Below are positions 56,860 through 64,000 of a stretch of 64,000 bases of DNA, one piece after another. Both the position numbers and the translations under genes were made by a program. The stretch is from Camelus ferus (taxonomy: Eukaryota): assembly GCF_009834535.1 (NCBI RefSeq), contig NC_045697.1, positions 109,618,001 through 109,682,000 of the forward strand. Reading direction: 5' to 3'. The stretch's first letter is position 1, and the number at the start of each line of letters is the position of its first letter. The notes under the pieces are model-generated. The model searched no databases. It was not told the origin of the DNA and saw only the letters and a program-made list of their open reading frames with translations.

Positions 56860-57890
56860 TCTGAGCTCTGGATTCCTCTGTACAAGTGCCTCCAACACAT
56901 CTCCACCTGGATGGCCCTCAGACACAGGAACTCAACCTGCTCCGAACTGAACACATGAATTTTCCCCCAAACTGCTCCCATTTTGTTGCCTGCCATCTCA
57001 CTCATTTGCCCCACATCCCATCCACCCAATTGCTCAACACAGAAACTGGGGGCGCCATAATTGACATAACCCTCCACTTAGACCTTGTTGCCCCCACCTC
57101 TAAATACTTTGCAAACCACTTCTTGCCACCTCTATGGCCTCTACGCCATCCATTTTTTTATTCCTTCAACAAATATTTATTGCCTCCGACCTGTGTGCCA
57201 GGCACTGGATAGGGGCGGGCATATGATGGTGAGTAAGACCGACAAGGTTCTGTTCTCATGAAAGTGTGGACAATAAACAAGTAAACAAACCAATTACCTA
57301 ATGTAGCAAATTCTAGAAGGAAATAAACACAACGTGATAAAGCATAACCTGCGGGGGAGGGGCTGTTACTCTGTAGGTGGGTGGCGGAGGAAGGCGCTCA
57401 GAGCTGAGGAGAGATGGAACCAGGCATGCGGCGCTCCCCTCCTCCCTAGGACCTTGCCTTCGCCTTTCCCCCTTTTCAAACAGCCAGGTTATCATATCAA
57501 AAGCCGACTGATCATATTATCCTGCCTCTGCTCATAATCCAAGCAGCTGCCCTTGTTAACATACCTCATCAGGCCTGTGTCCCTTTTCGGCTAGGCTTCC
57601 CTCGGCGGCCCCTGCACACACTCTGCCTCAACCAAGCAGAAACTTCTGTCCCCTGAATGCTTTTCCTGTACCCTGAGCCTCCCTCTGGGTGACCCTGGGC
57701 CCACTTCCTCCAGGAAGCCCTTCGGGTTAGGCCCCTCTATTGGCCCATGGGTCCCTGCCCACTGTTGCCACACTGCAAGTCACTGATGGTTTATTTCTGT
57801 GTCTGAATCTGCAGGTAGGCAGGGCTGGGCCACACCCCACCCCTGAGCTCCCGCCTGGCTTGACACACACTCAGTTGATGTATTTGAAGA
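56860..57890. mobile_element. L2 remnants
   Basis: CATCTCCACCTGGATG...CTCAAC and TTCAACAAATATTTATTG...TGTGTGCCAGGCACTG L2 motifs. Confidence 0.6.
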
Positions 57891-57941
57891 GCACCACCCT
57901 CCCAGGATAGACCCTCATCATTTCTCACCCCAGTTGCTCCC

Positions 57942-58078
57942 TTTTTTTCTTTTTTTTCAACCTTTTATTTGGGGGGGGAGGTGTGGGAGAGGTAAGTAGG
58001 TTTATTGATTGATGGATGGAGGTCCTGGGGATCGAACCCAGGACCCCATACATGCTAAGCACTGCGCTATACCCTCCA
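57942..58078 (-). mobile_element. tRNA-derived SINE (Vic-1-like), internally deleted
   Basis: GGGGATCGAACCCAGGACC...; flanks CCCAG(T/C)TGCTCCCTTT. Confidence 0.8.
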
Positions 58079-59916
58079 CCTATCCCAGCTGCTCCCTTTC
58101 ACTTTCAACTCCTCCCTCATGACAATCCATTTGTTAGAAAAATCTTGCTACAAGGAGTGGTAAAGCCAGAACAGTAAATGCAAACTACTGATGTCCCTAA
58201 GACACTCGTGAGCCGGAGGAGAGGGTGTTAGGTTTAGAGCACTGTGTTCAGTGACGTGGAATTTGTGTTAGAGGAGGAGGGCAGAATTCCCGTGCACAGA
58301 GGGGAGTGGGGTGTGTGTGACCTCCCCCAAGGCAGAGAGCAGGTTTGGGGCAGAGGTGGGTCCTCTCGGGGGAAACCAGAGCCTGCAAAGCAGACCTCAG
58401 AGAAGCAGATAAGAGGACCCCGGAATCCACACTCACCGCTCTCTTGTACTCCAACTTTGAGGATTCTCAAGAGCACGCCAGGCATGGCTGGCTCAGTAGG
58501 CCGCGGGGGTGTGCCTGAGCTGGGGGGAGGAGGATGGATGGGGAATAGGGTGATGGTGTCTGCTACAGAGAGGTCGGAGGGGAGCTGGGCCAACCGTGAC
58601 CCACGTCATGGAGTTGTCTGCTCATTTGTCCACTCATTCATTCTGTCAGTGAATATTTACAGAGGCCCTGCCATTTTCCAGGCTGTTTTCAGTGCTGAAA
58701 CTGTTGTAGCTAGCAAAGTAGATGATGTGTCTGCTCCCCTGGACCTCCCGAGGTGATGGAGGCTCTCAGAGAAACAAACTCACCAACAGACCACTTCAGG
58801 TGGCGATGGAGATAAGGAAAATAAAATAAGGTGAGGTTTAGGGTGAGAGGATGATATATAGGCGATCAGAAAGTTTTTATGGGGTGGTTGGAAACTCTCT
58901 CTCTTTTCCTTTTGTTATCCTCAGCTCTTGTAAAGTCTGGTTTAAACCAGCACTTCTCAACTTTTGATGTGCTGTCACCCAGGGGTCTGGTTGCAATGCA
59001 GATTTTAATTCAGTAGGTCTGAGATGGGGACTCAGAATCTGATTTCTAATTGGCTCCCAGGTGACATCTTGGCTTCCGGTGGTCCTTGGAACACACCACC
59101 TTGCCATGGGGGTCTAAGGGAAAAGCTGAGTCCCTCCCAGGGCAGACTTAACAGAGAGGCCATGCCTCCTGAAGGCAACAGCAAGGCAGTGATGTCAGCC
59201 TTAAGGGAGCAGCTAGAGCAGCAGCAGAAGTGACTCTGCCAGTCTCCCGCCCCTCCTGGTGTGCAAAGTTCTTCATCCGTAATCCACTTTGGATGGTCTG
59301 GATTTGAGACCAGCAAGGAAGCCATGGAGTTTCCTTTTAGTTTTTCCATTTTAGAGAGTAACTTTCAAGTGCACTGTGTGGCCTGCTGCAGCCTTTTACT
59401 ACAGGCCTTCCTGAGCCCTGAATTTCTACCTGAGTCATAGTGAATACCACTCTGTTCCCCCGATCCCCATGGTCACCACCCCCCAACAGTTTTCTTCACC
59501 TCCAAGCAATCTGGTACTGTTCTTACCTCATCTAGAATCCTCATTGGCCCTCACCACCACGAGGTCAGATCTCCCCCAGCTTCCAAGGCCTAGCTTAAAT
59601 GCCACACCCCCATCAGCCTTGCCCATCCCCCCTGCCAGGAGCAATCCCTTGCCTCTTAGAAATTCTACAAAGCTTCACTTGGGACAGTCATTTCTTCCTA
59701 CCCTATAGGAGTTATTTTTGTCCTTGTTTTACTTTCTTTCCAGAAGGTGAGCTCCCAGAGGAAAGATCCACCTCTAATTGCATCCCCCCCCCCCACCCCA
59801 AGCATAGCACAGCTCCTAGTACAAGATCATGGCGCAAAAATTGTCCTGTCAGTGAAAAATAAATTAATGATTGGGTTTGAAATCATCACCAGCAGGAGGA
59901 AGAACGTGGCGAGCTC

Positions 59917-60095
59917 AGTGGTTCTCAAAGTTCAAGCAGAAGCACCTCCTGGGAACGAGACAGACTTGCAAACCATCAGGCCCCATTCCAGAAATGAGGC
60001 TTAGAGACCCTGGGGGCAGAGCCCAGCCATCCATCTGCGTTTTAACCAACGATCCGATCCGAGTGGCTCTGACGCAGGCTCCAGTTTGAGAACCA
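59917..60095. mobile_element. MER5A-like hAT MITE (similar copies ~58948-59100 and ~61708-61880)
   Basis: CAGTGGTTCTCAAAGT ... AGTTTGAGAACCA termini. Confidence 0.75.
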
Positions 60096-60169
60096 TAGAG
60101 TCAAGCCCGATGTACACCCAATGTCCCTCAGCTGTCCTCCTCTTATGCCCTGGCCTTCACCTGGGCCCC

Positions 60170-61120
60170 CGGGGCATCCGCCAGGGAGCGCGGAGGAGAG
60201 GGGGTGCAGCCAGTACGGAGGGCAGGGAATGAATGCACAGGGGTGAGCAGGACAAGCCTCATCCTAGATCAACAGAGCAGGTGGGAAGGAAGAGGACGGA
60301 GGAAGGGGGAAAGCAGGGGAAGGGGAGGAGGAATGGGAGAGGAAAAAGAAAAAGGGAGAGAGAAATGGAGTGGAGCTCGGCCTCCTAGAGTGAGCGGGGT
60401 GAGGCGAAGCAACAGCACCTTCAGAAGGTCATCTGCCCCCCCATCCCGGGCCGGTTCACACCGGGTGGGGCTGGGGCCTTGGGGACCTATCTGTCCAGCC
60501 CCCCAGCCCGGGTGCGCGAGCCTCGGACCCCGGCCCGGTGTCCCCCACCCCTGCGCGCCCGCGCCCCGCGCCCCGCGCCCCGCGCAGGGTACCTGCTCGT
60601 GCTGGGGGGGCGCCTCCGGCCCCGGCGCCGCCCCCGCCGCCATGTGTCTGGCGCACCGAGGGTCTCGGAGTCCGAATGAGGGGGCCTCCCGGGCGCGCCG
60701 GCGGCGGGCGGGAACCGAGCCTGCGGCGGCCAAGCGGGCTCCCCTCCCCAGGCAGTGTGCGCGGTACCCGTACCCACGCCGGGAGCCTCTCGGCGCGCCC
60801 GCCCGGGTTCCTCGCTCGCGCTGTGGCTTCCTCCAGCGGAAGGACGCTCGTGATCGTCACCATCACTGCTGATGAGACCCTCTGGGTATCGGGGCCCTCT
60901 GCCGGGAAGCCATCCTCACAGCCACCCTCGCCGGTAAAATGTCCTGCGCTCCGCCCAGGTGACAGTGCGGGAGGAGATGTGGGGAGTCGGAAGGGTGAGA
61001 AATGAAGCGGAGAGAGGGGCGAGGATCAGAAAGGACGTTTTCCCCTTAGCAGTTTCCCTCAGAAGCGTTTATCAGAAGACAGGCGTTTAGGTGGGGGTCC
61101 CGCTGTCGCGGGAGGGCTGG
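60170..61120. promoter_or_regulatory. RNF175: CpG island / RNF175 promoter and exon 1
   Basis: GC- and CpG-dense block spanning the RNF175 start codon. Confidence 0.85.
60593..60643 (-). CDS. RNF175: RNF175 coding exon 1
   Basis: MAAGAAPGPEAPPQHEQ then CAG|GTACCC donor. The nine exons total 51+38+142+155+108+121+134+102+121 = 972 nt, one open frame. Confidence 0.9.
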
Positions 61121-61999
61121 GGGGAACTGAACCTTTGCTGCCTGCCCAGTCGGGTGCCTTTCTCTGCCCCGGGCCCCTTCTTACTCCGTATCTGCAGTCT
61201 CAGAGACGTGGGACAGCTCCCTGGTAGAGTCCCACTTGGCTCCTGCACAGATGACAAAGGAGAGAAACTCCCCTGTGGGGAGAAGGCAGACCTCTAGGTC
61301 CCCATGCCACTCCAGGACATAGGCCTTCCCCTGAGAGATCACCCACCACCTGCCTTGGTCCCCTCCACTTTCGGGGTCCCCACCACCCCCTTGATCTGGG
61401 GCCCAGTCCTGGACTCATGGCTGGGAACAAGCTGGAACACTTTTGCAAGCTTTTAGGAATCCTTGGGTGCGAATTCAGGGCGACAGACAAAGAGAGACAC
61501 AGGAGACAGTCTGACTTACAAAATAAGGCTTATTCGACTCCAGTTTGTGAATTGTTGTTGTTTTTTCAGTATGGTAGGTTGCTCTTCCTTATAGAGGAGC
61601 TACCAGTGGAGACTGACTGACACCAGGGCCGTGTCCCTGCCATTGTGGAACTTCAAGCCTAGCAAGGGGAAGAGACAAATAAACAGGCAGTACGATTTAC
61701 TGCGGTGAGTGCTTTTCCAGCCTTGGCATGCATCAGAAGCCCCTGGCTGGGCTACCGAAACTCGGATTGCTGCGCTGGACCCTGGTTTCTGAGGGAATAG
61801 GCCTGGGATGGGCCCTGAGAATTTCTTTTCTTCGCAAGTTCCCAGGTAGTGCTGTTCTGGCTGCTCACATCACAGATTGCTCTGTGGGATGGTGATGGAG
61901 AGAATGTTCTGGATGGAGGCAACAGGGGAGGCAAGGGCCTGGAGGCTGGAGAAAACCAGGAACTGGAGAAACTGAAATAGGAGTCACAGCTGGCACTGC

Positions 62000-62230
62000 T
62001 AAAATGCTTCCTGTGTACCAGGTCCTGTTCCAAGGACTTCACTGGGTTAGCTCATTCAGTCCTCACAACAACCCAAAGAGGTAGGTGATATTATCTCCAT
62101 TTTACAGGTGACGACACTGAAACATGGAGAGGGGCAGACGTTTTTCCAAGTTTGAAAGCTACTAGGTGATGCAGTAGGAATTTGAACCCAGAGGAGACTG
62201 ACCCCACTGCCTGGGCTCAGAACCACTCAG
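62000..62230 (-). mobile_element. MIR SINE remnant
   Basis: TCCTCACAACAACCC...ATCTCCATTTTACAGGTGA...GGAATTTGAACCCAG. Confidence 0.7.
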
Positions 62231-63382
62231 GAAAGTGGCTGCAAAGGTCAGCAGGGTTCAGATCAAAGTCTGTGCAAATCCTGTTAAATTGTTTAGACTG
62301 TACCCTAAGGAGCGTGGGAAGTCATTCCAGAGTCGTAGGTAAGAAATGACATTTCTGGATTTGCCTTCTGGCTTCAGGGTAGTGTGTGTGGGTGGGGGTG
62401 GGGTGGGGGAGGGAGCTCAACTATGACCCAGTGCAGGGGACTGGCCAGAAGTCTCTTGCAGTGGTTCCCGCTGAAGGTGGCAGTGACCCTGGTGGTATAA
62501 GTGTCTGTGCAGGGATGGGGTGGGGGGAGGTGGGAGGATGTGGATGGAGCTGAGCGACTTAGGTGACAGATTCTATAGGGCTTAACTGACATTCAAGGAT
62601 GTGCCCAGGTGACATGTTGCTTGAGCAGCGGGGCATTCAGGCAGACAGTGCTGCCACCTCTGACAATGGAGCCCTGGAAGGTGCTGCAGATTTGGAGGGA
62701 ACAAAGATAATGAGTTTATTTGCACATGCTGCCTGGCTTCTGGCCTGGCTTCACGTGGCAAAGGCCACTTTTTCTCTCTGGCCCAGGATGTCCTCAAATT
62801 CTGGCTTCTTCTGAATCAGTCTCTCCTCCCCCTCCAAAAAAAAAAAAAAAAAAAAAATCCAGAAGTTTCCTGGTTCATTGACACCGGAAATATCTACAGA
62901 TTTCATTGGAGACACACATAAACCCAGAGGTGGTTGGTTTTCTTCCTTCTGGCTTCAGCTCCACAATTAAAAAGTCTATTTCTCATCCTCATGGTAGGTA
63001 ATGAGAGATTTGCTCTAAGTTATTCTCCTGTCATACCCAATTCCTTTTGTGACCAAATTCCTGGTGGGTAGAACTGATTCCTTTTGTCCCAGTAAGTTTA
63101 TACCATTCTGTCTGGAGTCATTCACCTAACCAAAGTTATTTAATTTGCAACTTTGTTTCCCAAATCAAATGGTTGGTGGCTGACTGTCATAAATGTGGGA
63201 TGGAGGAATCATTGTCCTGTTATTTAGCTGTAATCTCTTCAGCATATTAGCCATAGTCTGTGCCCCCTCCTGTCCTCTCTTGGTTTAGAACCCCGAGGTG
63301 ATAGTAATGATGTAATAGAAGAAATGAGCTAATGTCAAGAAGGTGCTTGAAAAACAAAATGGCATCAAGACTAGCTAGACTG

Positions 63383-63517
63383 AGGGGAGGGTATAGCTTA
63401 GTTGTAGAGCACGTGCCTGGCATGCACAAGGTCCTGGGTTCAACCCCCTGTACCTCCATTAAATCAATCAATCGATCAATGTAATTACCTCCCCCCAAAT
63501 AATTAAATTTAAAAAAC
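63383..63517 (+). mobile_element. tRNA-derived SINE (Vic-1-like) with 13-bp TSD
   Basis: GGGGAGGGTATAGCTTAG...GGTTCAACCCCC; AGACTAGCTAGAC at 63368-63380 and 63518-63530. Confidence 0.9.
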
Positions 63518-64000
63518 AGACTAGCTAGACAAATATGGTATATGGTATGGGAACTGAGAAGTAGTTCCATAGGACAAAGCAAAAAGATTCCAAATATTCC
63601 TAGTATTTATAGGAAACCAGTTTTAGGAGAAGAAGGGCAAATCCACAGGGAAAGGATGGGCTAGTTAGTAATTAGCTTATCCATCTGAAAAAAAACATTA
63701 CAGCATACCGAGTCAAAGCAGGTGGTTTAAAAAGCAAAACTTTAAGAAGATGATTTAAAATAATATCTTTATCATCTCAAGAGAGTAAAGATATATATTT
63801 CAAAAAAAGAAAAAAGATAGTAAAGATATATTAAACAAAACTCAAAAAGAACAAACTATAAAGAAGATTAATAAATTAGTCTATGTTAAAACGTAAAATT
63901 TCCATACAACGGAAAGTTACCTAAAAAGAAGCAAGCCATGGACGAGGAAAATTTGCCTATGTCTAGCTGTCAGAAAATTAGTGCTCAGAATAAACAGAAT

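Noticed and set aside
60204..61005. Plus-strand ORFs (222 and 155 aa) over the RNF175 promoter
   Set aside because: CpG-island artefacts with low-complexity composition and non-ATG starts.

Overview
Mammalian genomic DNA containing the convergent TLR2-RNF175 gene pair. It is probably camelid: there are about ten copies of a ~130-bp tRNA-derived SINE resembling the Tylopoda Vic-1 family, and I saw no Alu, Bov-tA, PRE1 or SINEC. TLR2 is on the + strand, with a CpG-island promoter, a probable non-coding exon 1 near 300-395, and one intact coding exon (CDS 5006-7363, 785 aa). RNF175 is on the - strand. Its nine coding exons (60643 down to 11317) splice in frame to 972 nt = 323 aa + stop, a multipass membrane RING-H2 E3 ligase. 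The most striking hidden structure is that the last two RNF175 introns are both U12-type (minor spliceosome) GT-AG introns, and the first of them splits the RING finger. The rest is intronic or intergenic DNA with L1 fragments, a decayed Tigger1, hAT MITEs (MER5/MER20/MER3-like), MaLR and ERV solo LTRs, MIR/L2 and microsatellites. It includes a nested L1/Tigger1 block with an internal inversion. I found no convincing wholly new gene system; the findings concern regulation, splicing and genome evolution. Repeat family names and boundaries were recognised by eye and are approximate.
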